Source of the DNA: an uncultured Spirochaetota bacterium
GTDB taxonomy: Bacteria; Spirochaetota; Spirochaetia; SZUA-6; Fen-1364
Assembly (NCBI GenBank): GCA_963820525.1
Contig: CAWGAA010000003.1
Span: 480,001-544,000, forward strand
Length of the DNA: 64,000 nucleotides
Direction of reading: 5' to 3'
Below the pieces are notes generated by a model that was not told the DNA's origin, made no database searches, and saw only the letters and a list, made by a program, of their open reading frames with translations. Shown piece by piece: positions 8,206 to 16,934 of this stretch. Numbering within the stretch: position 1 is the first letter of the stretch; the number at the start of each line of letters is the position of its first letter. The translations under genes were made by a program, and so were the position numbers.

Positions 8206-9327
8206 GTGGATTCCATCCTCTCGCGGATCTCCTTCCTGGAGTTTCTCGAGCAGATCCCGGACGGCCTGTTCATCACCGACGCCGAGCGGCGCATCGTATA
8301 CTGGAACGGGGCGGCCCGGGAGCTGGCCGGCTTCTCCCGGGAAGAGATGATCGGCAAGCATTGCTTCGACGCCGACACCCTCAACTTCCGCACGCTTCTG
8401 GATCATGAGCTCTGCGGTGAGGAGAGCTGCCCCGTGTTCGAATCCGTGCTCACCAACCGCTCCCCCTTTCTTCCTTCAATCGTCATGATGAATACCAGGA
8501 GCGGAAAGCTTACACCAATATCCCTTTCCGTCGGACCGCTCACCGACGCCTCCGGCGAGGTGATCGGAAGCATCGGCCTGTTCCGCGGCATGCGAGAGGA
8601 GTACCAGCAGCGGAGGCTCGCGCTGGAAATCCAGAAAAGGACAATCACCGGCGGCGCATTTGCCCGGGGCGGCGTTCGAGTGCAGACTCTCTATTCTCCC
8701 GTGGAGGAGATCGGCGGCGACTACATCGAGGCGTTTTTCCTGGATGACGGCTCCCTGGTGGCCACGGTGGCCGACGCCACGGGGCATGGGATGTCCGCAT
8801 CCCTGTTCACGATGATCTACAAGACGCTCCTGCATTCATCCCTCGGCAATCACCTGTCCCCCAGGGAAGTGCTCACCGAGGTAAACCAGGGTTTTCTCAA
8901 GCTTGCGGGGATCGAGGGATACTACCTGTGCGCGTGCATCGTCCGCTTCGATCCGAAGACGGGGAAGGGCACCTACTCGTCCGCCGGCCACCCGGAAGGG
9001 CTCATCTTCGAAAAGGACGGGGAAGGCTATTCCCTGCGGCGGAAGCTGCACATCGTGTCTTTCATGCTCGGAATCGAGGAGGACACGCGCTTCGAGGAGC
9101 TGGAGTTCTCTCTCCAGAGCAGCGAGTTCCTCCTTCTCGCCTCGGACGGCCTCTTCGAGTCGGAATGCATCAACGGAATGGCGTTCGGCGTGCCGGGGGT
9201 CCAGCGCTTCTTCGCCCGGCATCAGGGTGAGCGCCCGCTGGAGGAGCTGCTTGCCGCGGTGCGGAACGAAAGCAAGTTCGTGCGGCTGCTCGATGACGTA
9301 AGCATGCTCGCCGTCTGGCGGGAATGA
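8206..9327 (+). CDS. PAS domain + PP2C/SpoIIE (RsbU-like) phosphatase
   Basis: PAS (IVYWNGAARELAGFSREEMIGK); IGGDY, VADATGHG, SAGHP, SDGLFE, DDVSML. Confidence 0.9.
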   Translation: MDSILSRISFLEFLEQIPDGLFITDAERRIVYWNGAARELAGFSREEMIGKHCFDADTLNFRTLLDHELCGEESCPVFESVLTNRSPFLPSIVMMNTRSGKLTPISLSVGPLTDASGEVIGSIGLFRGMREEYQQRRLALEIQKRTITGGAFARGGVRVQTLYSPVEEIGGDYIEAFFLDDGSLVATVADATGHGMSASLFTMIYKTLLHSSLGNHLSPREVLTEVNQGFLKLAGIEGYYLCACIVRFDPKTGKGTYSSAGHPEGLIFEKDGEGYSLRRKLHIVSFMLGIEEDTRFEELEFSLQSSEFLLLASDGLFESECINGMAFGVPGVQRFFARHQGERPLEELLAAVRNESKFVRLLDDVSMLAVWRE

Positions 9328-9361
9328 CAGGGGATAAACCGAGCGGGAGGAAATCAAGCTC

Positions 9362-9982
9362 ATGCCGATAATGAGAAAAGTGAAACTCCTCGCCCCGGTG
9401 ATTCTCGCCCTTTCCATCCTCCCCGCCTTCGGCCTGCAGGAAGGCTTCGCCTCGTGGTACGGGGGGAAGTTCAACGGCCGCCTCACGTCGAGCGGCGAGG
9501 TCTTCGATACCAACGAAAAGACCGCGGCGCACCGCACCCTTCCCTTCGGCGCCATCGTCAAGGTCGTGAACCTGGATAACGGCAAATTCACCATCGTGAA
9601 AATCAATGACCGGGGGCCGTTCGTCGATGGAAGGATCATCGACCTTTCCCGGGCCGCCGCCCAGGAGATTGGAATGGTGGCCCAGGGGGTTGCCCGCGTA
9701 AGCCTCGAGGTGCTCGACTACGCGGCCAGCAAGGACACCTTTGCCGTCCAGGTGGGGGCCTACAACCTGGAGTGGAACGCAGAGAAAGCGGGCAAGCGTC
9801 TCGAGGACGCGGGATTCATGGTTTTCCTCGATAAGAATCCTCTGGGGATCACCCGGGTGGTGGTGCGGGGACTGGATGATAAGAACCTTGCGATGGCAAA
9901 GCAGAAGCTCGTATCTCTCGGGTTCAAGAATCTCGTCGTACGAAGGGAGAAACCCGAGGCGAGAGAAGCATCCGCGGAATGA
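9362..9982 (+). CDS. rlpA: RlpA-family lytic transglycosylase with SPOR domain
   Basis: ASWYG, TAAHRTLPFG, INDRGPF, RIIDLSRAAA; C-terminal VQVGAY SPOR motif. Confidence 0.9.
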   Translation: MPIMRKVKLLAPVILALSILPAFGLQEGFASWYGGKFNGRLTSSGEVFDTNEKTAAHRTLPFGAIVKVVNLDNGKFTIVKINDRGPFVDGRIIDLSRAAAQEIGMVAQGVARVSLEVLDYAASKDTFAVQVGAYNLEWNAEKAGKRLEDAGFMVFLDKNPLGITRVVVRGLDDKNLAMAKQKLVSLGFKNLVVRREKPEAREASAE

Positions 9983-10025
9983 CCGGCTCGCGTGATCCTG
10001 CAGCGGCCGCTCACCGGGTGAGTTG

Positions 10026-10766
10026 TCAGGAGATCCGGATGTCGGTGTGGGTCTTGGTGAGGAGCCTCCCGTAGAATACCCTGAAGATGTTGTTCAGGGC
10101 GTAGATGTACCCCGTTCGAACAACACCTTCCTTGAGCAAGCGCCTCGCCGAAGAAAACATTGAAAGCCGCAATGTGAAGGTGACCCTGCCCACGCGGGTG
10201 AGACGGGTGGCGACGTCCGCGTCCTCCCCGTAGAACTCGATAGCGGTGTTGTAGCCGCCGATCCGGTCGAAAGCTTTCCTTCGAACGGCGAAGTTGCCGC
10301 CCTGCACCATGGCTCCGGACTTGAAAATGTACTGGCTGATGAGATTCGAAACGACTCCGAAACAATAGTAGAACAGAACGACGATCCTTTTGACTTGGGG
10401 CAGATCGTAGTACATGAACGGGCCGCTCAGGCAGGCCAGCCGCCGGTCCCTATCGAAAGAGCGGATGACCTTCCCCGCCCAGCCCGGAGGAACGCGCGTA
10501 TCCGCGTCCAGATTGGCGATGATCTCGCCCTTCGACTCGAGGTAGCCCCTGTGGCGGGCGGCGGAAAGTCCCCTGCACGGCTCGCGGACCACTCTGACCC
10601 CCGCGAATCCCGCCGCTATGCACCCGGTGCGGTCCGTGCTGCCGTTGTCCACGACGACGATCTCCGCGTCGAGGTGAAATCTATGGATCTCGCGTATCAC
10701 GGATTTGAGACAGTCGCCGATGCAGCTTTCCTCGTTCAACGCGGGGATCACGAAACTCAATTTCAT
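10026..10766 (-). CDS. Glycosyltransferase family 2
   Basis: VIPALNEE, VVDNGSTD, LDADT, GEDADV. Confidence 0.9.
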   Translation of the reverse strand: MKLSFVIPALNEESCIGDCLKSVIREIHRFHLDAEIVVVDNGSTDRTGCIAAGFAGVRVVREPCRGLSAARHRGYLESKGEIIANLDADTRVPPGWAGKVIRSFDRDRRLACLSGPFMYYDLPQVKRIVVLFYYCFGVVSNLISQYIFKSGAMVQGGNFAVRRKAFDRIGGYNTAIEFYGEDADVATRLTRVGRVTFTLRLSMFSSARRLLKEGVVRTGYIYALNNIFRVFYGRLLTKTHTDIRIS

Positions 10767-10808
10767 ATCGCGGGTGAGTATAAGTAAGGGGCCCGCATTT
10801 GTAAACCG

Positions 10809-10837
10809 TTGACACGTGCCATGGGCGCGGATAGAAT
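10809..10837 (+). promoter_or_regulatory. Near-consensus sigma70 promoter of the tRNA
   Basis: TTGACA (10809-10814), N17, TAGAAT (10832-10837). Confidence 0.8.
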
Positions 10838-10854
10838 CTCCGTCCGGTACGATT

Positions 10855-10928
10855 GCCCCAGTAGCTCAGCTGGATAGAGCGACGGTTTCCTAAACCGTAG
10901 GTCGGATGTTCGAGTCATCTCTGGGGCA
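10855..10928 (+). tRNA. tRNA-Arg(CCT)
   Basis: Acceptor GCCCCAG/CTGGGGC+A, D-arm GCTC/GAGC, anticodon stem ACGGT/ACCGT with loop TTCCTAA, T-loop TTCGAGT; CCA not encoded. Confidence 0.95.
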
Positions 10929-10956
10929 GCCCCTCCATCGAAAAGGACACACGTTC

Positions 10957-13311
10957 GTGAACAGGTTCATTGTCCGACTCGTCGAGATCTCTCAACGTCA
11001 TGCCCGCCTCGTCATGGCGGCAGCGGCTCTCGTCACCCTCGTTCTCGGCTTCTTCGCCCTGCGCATCCGCGCAAACCCCGACATCGCGAATCTCATCCCC
11101 CAGGACGCGCGGGTGACACGGCTTCTCCAGAAGTACGGAGCGCAGAGCTCCAACACCGACTTCCTCATCATCATCGCGGAAGCGCCGGATATCTTCTCCC
11201 TGCCAAAGCTCACGGCCCTGGACAGGGCATATCGCGCGATTGAGACAATCCCGACGGTTTCCGCGGGGGTCACGCCGTTCAGCTTCATCACCTTCGCAAA
11301 GAGCGGAACCCGCCTCGCCTTCGCCGCCTTGTCCGGCGGCCAGGCCGCACCTGCCACGGAGGAAGCGCTGGAAACCTTCAAGCGGAAGATCGCATCGGAT
11401 CCCCTGGCGCGAAACCTTGTGATTTCAGCCGACGGAACATCCCTGTGCGCCATCTTTCCCGTGAAGATCCAGGACGACTACGGCGAAGTGCTCGCCTCCG
11501 TGGAGCGAATCATCGACCCCGTGAAGCCCGGGATGGACATTCGTATTGCCGGCGCGCTGCCCTACAACCGGGCCGTGCTCACCCACCTCTCCACGGACCT
11601 GCCCATCTTTCTCGCCGTGTCGCTGGCCATCATCCTCATCTCCTATTACCTGAGCTTCCGCACGCTGCGCTCCTTGATCCTTCCCGTGCTCGTGGTCGTT
11701 CTTGGCACCGTGTGGACGATCGGTGCGATGCAGATTCTGGGGTTCAAGATCACCGTCATCCAGATCATGACGCCGCCCCTGGTGCTCATCCTTGGAAGCG
11801 CCTACAGCATCCACGTGCTCAACCAGTACTACAGGGAGTCACGCACCAGCGGGACGGACAAGCATTGGATCGTCGATTCGGTGGGACACATCAACACGAC
11901 CATCTTCCTGGCCTCATCCACCACCGTGTTCGGCTTCGCGAGCCTCCTTACCGCCTCTCTTCGCCAGCTGCGGGAGTTCGGCATCGCCACCAGCATCGGG
12001 ATCGCGTTTTGCGCCATTCTTGCCCTCTTCTTCCTCCCCGCCGCCCTCTCGCTTCTCTCTCCTCCCACGGCGGTCCAAAGGAACCGGGTCCTGGAGGGTT
12101 TCATCACGCGGCACATGGGGCGCCTGGCGGACACCATCATGAGAATGCGGTTCCTCGTCCTCGGGGCGGCCCTTGCCATCCTGGTGGCATTCGTCTTCAG
12201 CCTCGGCGGCGTGCGCTACGAGACCGATTTCACCCGCTACTTCCGCTCCACGGAGAAGGCGGTAGAAGACAACCGGCGCCTCGTCGAGAAGTTCGGCGGC
12301 TTCGTGACGTTGAACTACAGCCTTGCCGCGCCGCAGGGGGCGGCCGGCTACTTCCTGGATCCGGCGGTGCTTCGAGAGATTTCCCGCTTCGAAGACCGTC
12401 TGGCCGCCGACGCCGACATTCCCTATGTTTCCTCCTTCTCGACGTACGTGAAGGCAATGAACGCGGCGATGACGGGAAACGCGGAGGTGCCTGAGACCCG
12501 GCCGCTCATCCTCCTTCTCTCCCGCTATTTCGGCGCCCTGGCGGGAACGCCGATGGGGAAAAACGTCACCGGCGTGTTTCTGAACAAGGATTTCTCCCGC
12601 TACACTGTCGTGGTGCGGGTATTCGACAGCAAGAACAACAACATCGCCTTCGAATCCCAGATCCGAAAGATCATCGGCCGCATCCAGAGCACGGCGCGGG
12701 AGACCTTGCCCGCCGGGCTTACGGGCGAGTTCTGGGGCCCGACCATCTCCATCCTCTACCTCTCCGACGTGCTCACCTGGAACCAGATCTCCTCGATCCT
12801 CTCTTCGGCGGTCCTGGTGTTCCTCATCTCGGCACTGGTATTCCGCTCCGCCAAGCTCGGCCTCCTGGTGCTCGCTCCCCTCGCCAGCGGCATCATGCTC
12901 ACCTTCATCGTCATGGCCGTCTTCTCCATCCCGCTGGACGTGGTCACCATCACCTTCGCCTCGATCGCGATCGGAATCGGAGTGGACAACGCCATCCACC
13001 TCGCAATCCAATACCGCAGGCAGAGAAAGATCTACCCGCTGGACGCGGAGAAAACCATCGAGCACACGCTGAAGATCGGCGGCCGGCCCATGCTTCTCAC
13101 GACGCTGTCCATCGTCGCGGCGCTGCTGGTGTTCGTGTTCTCCAGCTTCAGGCCCGTGCTCTACTTCGGCATCCTCATCTCGGTATCGCTTTTCATGACG
13201 ACCGCCGGGGCGCTCGTTCTCCTCCCCGTGCTTCTGTACTTCGACGCGAGGCGGCAGGTTCGAAAGGCACGGCTTGCGGAGAAGCCGGAAGCGAAAAGCG
13301 CGGTCGGCTGA
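10957..13311 (+). CDS. MMPL/RND-family transporter
   Basis: Two-fold repeat of TM plus periplasmic domain plus 5 TM; GIGVDNAIH; start moved to GTG 10957 (AAAGGA RBS) because the track start lies inside the tRNA. Confidence 0.9.
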   Translation: MNRFIVRLVEISQRHARLVMAAAALVTLVLGFFALRIRANPDIANLIPQDARVTRLLQKYGAQSSNTDFLIIIAEAPDIFSLPKLTALDRAYRAIETIPTVSAGVTPFSFITFAKSGTRLAFAALSGGQAAPATEEALETFKRKIASDPLARNLVISADGTSLCAIFPVKIQDDYGEVLASVERIIDPVKPGMDIRIAGALPYNRAVLTHLSTDLPIFLAVSLAIILISYYLSFRTLRSLILPVLVVVLGTVWTIGAMQILGFKITVIQIMTPPLVLILGSAYSIHVLNQYYRESRTSGTDKHWIVDSVGHINTTIFLASSTTVFGFASLLTASLRQLREFGIATSIGIAFCAILALFFLPAALSLLSPPTAVQRNRVLEGFITRHMGRLADTIMRMRFLVLGAALAILVAFVFSLGGVRYETDFTRYFRSTEKAVEDNRRLVEKFGGFVTLNYSLAAPQGAAGYFLDPAVLREISRFEDRLAADADIPYVSSFSTYVKAMNAAMTGNAEVPETRPLILLLSRYFGALAGTPMGKNVTGVFLNKDFSRYTVVVRVFDSKNNNIAFESQIRKIIGRIQSTARETLPAGLTGEFWGPTISILYLSDVLTWNQISSILSSAVLVFLISALVFRSAKLGLLVLAPLASGIMLTFIVMAVFSIPLDVVTITFASIAIGIGVDNAIHLAIQYRRQRKIYPLDAEKTIEHTLKIGGRPMLLTTLSIVAALLVFVFSSFRPVLYFGILISVSLFMTTAGALVLLPVLLYFDARRQVRKARLAEKPEAKSAVG

Positions 13312-13391
13312 TCCGGCTGGATTGGATGACGGCCCCCTACCCTGGGCAAAAAAGCACCCCCGTGAAGGCCCCGCGAGGTCGAGAGAAACCC

Positions 13392-14126
13392 TTACTTGTA
13401 GGCGAGCGAGTAGTCCAACGGCTTGTCCAGGATCAGCACGCGAAGAAGCGGCACCTTGAAGATCACCGAGTCTCCGGAAACCGTTCCTCCGGACTGGGAA
13501 ACGATCTCGCCTTCCGGCTTTACGGTGAGCACCACGTTGGACTTCAGGAGCTGGGCGGGACCGTCGGAGCCGAGGGAAAACTCGATCATCTTGAGATATT
13601 CCGCCGCGCTCACCGGTTGGCCGGCCTGGGGCCCCATGCCGGCAAAGAGCGGATCCGACAGCACGGGAAAGAGCGCCGCGAGCCTGCCGTAGTTCTGCTT
13701 GTCCAGATGCACTTTCATGGTCTTCACGCCGGCCGCTTCTGAAAACACAACCACGCCCGTTGTCTTGAAGCTGTTATCCGTGAATACATCCTCGATCGAG
13801 GTGTAGGAGAGATTCACCTCGAGGGTATTCTTTGTGGGAGTGGCCATCTGGGTGACAGTGACGCCGGGCCTGTCTTCGAAGGTCTTTCTGATTTCCTTGA
13901 GGTCGAAGACCTGGTCCTCTTTGACCATTTCAGTCTTTCCCGCCACCTCCTCAAGGTTGAGGAAATATTCTCGAAGAGCCTTGGAGAGCTCGATCTTGAG
14001 GCTCGCCGAGCCGGATCCGTCGCTCTTGATCGTCATGGACTGGCTAATCGAACATGAGATCGCGGCAGAGGCCAATCCAAAGGCCGCCAGAGCCCTCCAG
14101 AGGTGCAGCAATCGCCTGAAAAACAT
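13392..14126 (-). CDS. Putative lipoprotein
   Basis: Signal ending AAISC followed by TIKSDGSG. Confidence 0.7.
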   Translation of the reverse strand: MFFRRLLHLWRALAAFGLASAAISCSISQSMTIKSDGSGSASLKIELSKALREYFLNLEEVAGKTEMVKEDQVFDLKEIRKTFEDRPGVTVTQMATPTKNTLEVNLSYTSIEDVFTDNSFKTTGVVVFSEAAGVKTMKVHLDKQNYGRLAALFPVLSDPLFAGMGPQAGQPVSAAEYLKMIEFSLGSDGPAQLLKSNVVLTVKPEGEIVSQSGGTVSGDSVIFKVPLLRVLILDKPLDYSLAYK

Positions 14127-14197
14127 GCGGAAACGGTAAACGGATTCACCCGCAGCGTCAAGCTGAACGTGTTGGGGCGCCGCCTTGCCCGCCCGAC

Positions 14198-16030
14198 ATG
14201 AAACCGATAGTATCCGTTTCGATGCTCACCATCCGCCTGGAGCCTTCGGGAGAAGTCATCACGGCACGGCGAGGCGCCCGCCTTCGCGAAGTGCTTCAAA
14301 GCGCAGAAGTTCTCCTGGACTACCCCTGCGGCGGCAAGGGAAGCTGCAGGCAGTGCCGCGTCCTCGTGAGCCCACCGCCCGAATCCGGCAAAGGAAAGCT
14401 CGCGGAGAGCGAGATCGGCATCGGAATGAGGCTGGCATGCCAGATCACGCTGGAAACCGATTGCACCGTCACCATCCCCGAAGCCCGCCTCTCGCGAAAG
14501 CTCTGGAAACGGGGAGGACGGGATGAGGACGTGCGGATTCCCGAAGGCGCATCCTCCATCAGGCGCCTGGAGCTGGAGCTTCCCGAGCCCACGTTGGAAG
14601 ACCAGAGGGCGGACTGGGAGCGGCTTTCCCGTGAGCTGAAATCGAAGGGGGTGCGGACCGGCAGCCCGGATACCGGTACGCTGGAGCACCTTTCACGAAC
14701 CCTGCGAAGGTCAGGATGGGCGATCGAGACGCTGAGCGAGGAAGAGGATTTCCTCTGGGCCCGAGAGCGCGGGGGGGAGCGGGCCCTCGGCTTTGCCGTG
14801 GACCTGGGCACGACCACCGTCGACATGGCGCTCGTCGATCTTGAAAGCGGCAGGCTCCTGGGGCGCTCGGTCCTTCTCAACCGCCAGGCGTCTTTCGGGG
14901 CGGATGTCATCTCCAGGGCGGAGAGCTTCGCCGCGGACGGCGAGGCGGTTCGAAAAGCCGCGCTGGACACACTAGCGGAAGGCGCCGCCTTGATATTCGA
15001 AGAAACCGGCTCAAAGCCTGCCCAGATATTGAAAACCGTTGTCGTGGGCAACCCGATCATGATCCACATCTTCCATGGCCTGGACCCACGTCCGCTCACC
15101 TTCTCTCCTTACATCCCCGCGATCTCCGCCGCCGTCCGCCGTCTCCCGCGGGATTTCCCCTTCCCGTTCCAATGCCATGGCTCCGTGGAGAGCCTACCCA
15201 TCGTCTCCGCCTACATCGGGGCGGACACCGTGGGCATGATCGCCTCCCTTGGCCTGGATCGGGAGAAAACCACATCGCTCGCCATCGACATAGGGACAAA
15301 CGGTGAGATCGTGCTCGCGCGGGACGGCCGCATCCTCGCCACCTCCACGGCCGCGGGCCCCGCCTTCGAAGGCGCCCAGATCTCCTGCGGCATGCGGGCG
15401 CTGGAAGGCGCCATCTACGGCGTGTCGATTGTTGAGGACGGCACCCTGGTCTCCCTGGTGGTGGGCGGCGGCAGCCCCGAAGGGATATGCGGTACGGGGC
15501 TCGTGAGCGCCGTTGCCCAGATGCTGGACTGCGGAGTACTCGACTCGAGCGGGAGGCTTTCGGATCCTAAAGAAGTCACTCTCCCGCCGCTCTCGCGGCG
15601 CCTCTGCATCCGAGACGGCGAGAAGGCCTTTGTCTTGGATGACGAGGGACGGGTGTTCATCACCCAGACCGACGTCAGAAAGCTCCAGCTCGCAAAGGGC
15701 GCCATCCGGGCGGGAATCGAAACGCTCCTGGAGATCTCCGGGCTTGCCATCGAACAGATTGACGCGGTGCGGCTTGCGGGGAAGTTCGGCGCGGGTCTCG
15801 ACGCCACGGCTGCGATGCGGATCGGCCTGATCCCGCCGGTGGACCCCCGGAAGGTTGAGGCGGTAGGAAATGCGGCTCTTCGCGGCGCGGTCCTCTGCCT
15901 CCTCTCCCGGGAGCACGCCCGAAGGGCATGGAGCATCGCCGAGCGCACCGAGCTCATCGAGCTGGGGGCACGGCGGGACTTCCCGGCCCGATTCGCCGAT
16001 GCAATGATGTTCCCGGCTCAGGGGGAGTGA
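14198..16030 (+). CDS. 2Fe-2S + ASKHA ATPase, RACo/DUF4445-type corrinoid reductive activator
   Basis: CGGKGSCRQC...RLAC ferredoxin; VDLGTTT, GADVISR, DIGTNGE, AAGPAFEG, GICGTG, QLAKGAI. Confidence 0.9.
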   Translation: MKPIVSVSMLTIRLEPSGEVITARRGARLREVLQSAEVLLDYPCGGKGSCRQCRVLVSPPPESGKGKLAESEIGIGMRLACQITLETDCTVTIPEARLSRKLWKRGGRDEDVRIPEGASSIRRLELELPEPTLEDQRADWERLSRELKSKGVRTGSPDTGTLEHLSRTLRRSGWAIETLSEEEDFLWARERGGERALGFAVDLGTTTVDMALVDLESGRLLGRSVLLNRQASFGADVISRAESFAADGEAVRKAALDTLAEGAALIFEETGSKPAQILKTVVVGNPIMIHIFHGLDPRPLTFSPYIPAISAAVRRLPRDFPFPFQCHGSVESLPIVSAYIGADTVGMIASLGLDREKTTSLAIDIGTNGEIVLARDGRILATSTAAGPAFEGAQISCGMRALEGAIYGVSIVEDGTLVSLVVGGGSPEGICGTGLVSAVAQMLDCGVLDSSGRLSDPKEVTLPPLSRRLCIRDGEKAFVLDDEGRVFITQTDVRKLQLAKGAIRAGIETLLEISGLAIEQIDAVRLAGKFGAGLDATAAMRIGLIPPVDPRKVEAVGNAALRGAVLCLLSREHARRAWSIAERTELIELGARRDFPARFADAMMFPAQGE

Positions 16031-16084
16031 GCCTTCGCGCCGCGCCCGCTCGACGTGGGGCCGCGGCCCGGCTCTCCCTGTGGG

Positions 16085-16765
16085 CTACCCCCGGGCGCGC
16101 TGGGTTCCGATCTTTCCCTGAAAAAGCCCGCCCTTGGGCTGGCATGTGAACCAGCGGCCGGAGATCTTCCTCCCCTTCTCCTCCATGGTCTTCTCTATGA
16201 AGAGGGCGAACTCTTCGGGAGTCACTCCAAAGGATTGGAAGGCGTTCATCGTGAGGCCGCTGTCCACGTACGCGTCGATCAGTGAAGTGGCAAAGCCCTT
16301 GAAGCCCTCCCGGATGGCCCGCTCGAGAGCCGGTACGTAGCCGTCCTGGGGGCGAGTCGAGAAGCTCACCAAAGCGAGCAGGCCGCGCTGGGCCTGGAGA
16401 AAATGAGACAACAGCTCGCGCACGAGGAAGACCGTGGGCTTGAGGAAGTAGTCGAATGCCTTCTCGATCTCCGAGGAGGGGAGCTCGTGCACCGGCACCG
16501 CCGATGCGCGCGGAACGTCCAGAACGAGCGCCTCGTCAATGGAAGGGAAGGTGTTGAGCGCGGTAACGATAATGTTCCGCGCCGAAACGGGAGACCTTCG
16601 ATTCCAGGGGATCACGAGGTCCGCCTTTGCCGCCGGGGACCCCGGAATATCGCGGCTCTCCGGCGACGAGGTCGTCGCCACCCGCCACCCCTTGAACGAG
16701 AAGAGGCGTATCAGCTCGCATCCCAGCGCCGTGTCTCCATCCGTAATAAGGAGGGTCCGCTCCAT
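16085..16765 (-). CDS. Degenerate SDR-like Rossmann protein
   Basis: LLITDGDTALG start and KISGRWF end resemble SDRs; no YxxxK. Confidence 0.55.
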   Translation of the reverse strand: MERTLLITDGDTALGCELIRLFSFKGWRVATTSSPESRDIPGSPAAKADLVIPWNRRSPVSARNIIVTALNTFPSIDEALVLDVPRASAVPVHELPSSEIEKAFDYFLKPTVFLVRELLSHFLQAQRGLLALVSFSTRPQDGYVPALERAIREGFKGFATSLIDAYVDSGLTMNAFQSFGVTPEEFALFIEKTMEEKGRKISGRWFTCQPKGGLFQGKIGTQRARG

Positions 16766-16830
16766 ACGCAGGCGATACTATCCCGCGGGACACCGGCGGT
16801 CAACTCAAAGCGGAGCATCGTGCGACAAAA

Positions 16831-16889
16831 GCCGGCGGCGGGCAGCCGCGCCCGAGGACTGACCTGATGGCCGGCGGCGGGCAGCCGCG
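16831..16889. repeat. Two copies of a 20-bp direct repeat, 39-bp period
   Basis: GCCGGCGGCGGGCAGCCGCG at 16831-16850 and 16870-16889, each followed by a similar GAGGA(C/T)TG. Confidence 0.85.
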
Positions 16890-16934
16890 GTCTGAGGATT
16901 GCCCCGCGCACCCATTCGCTGATAGATTCATTCC

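Noticed and set aside
10906..10956. Track start of the MMPL gene
   Set aside because: Lies inside the tRNA; GTG 10957 has an RBS.
16831..16889. CRISPR-like array
   Set aside because: Only two copies, short interval, no cas genes.
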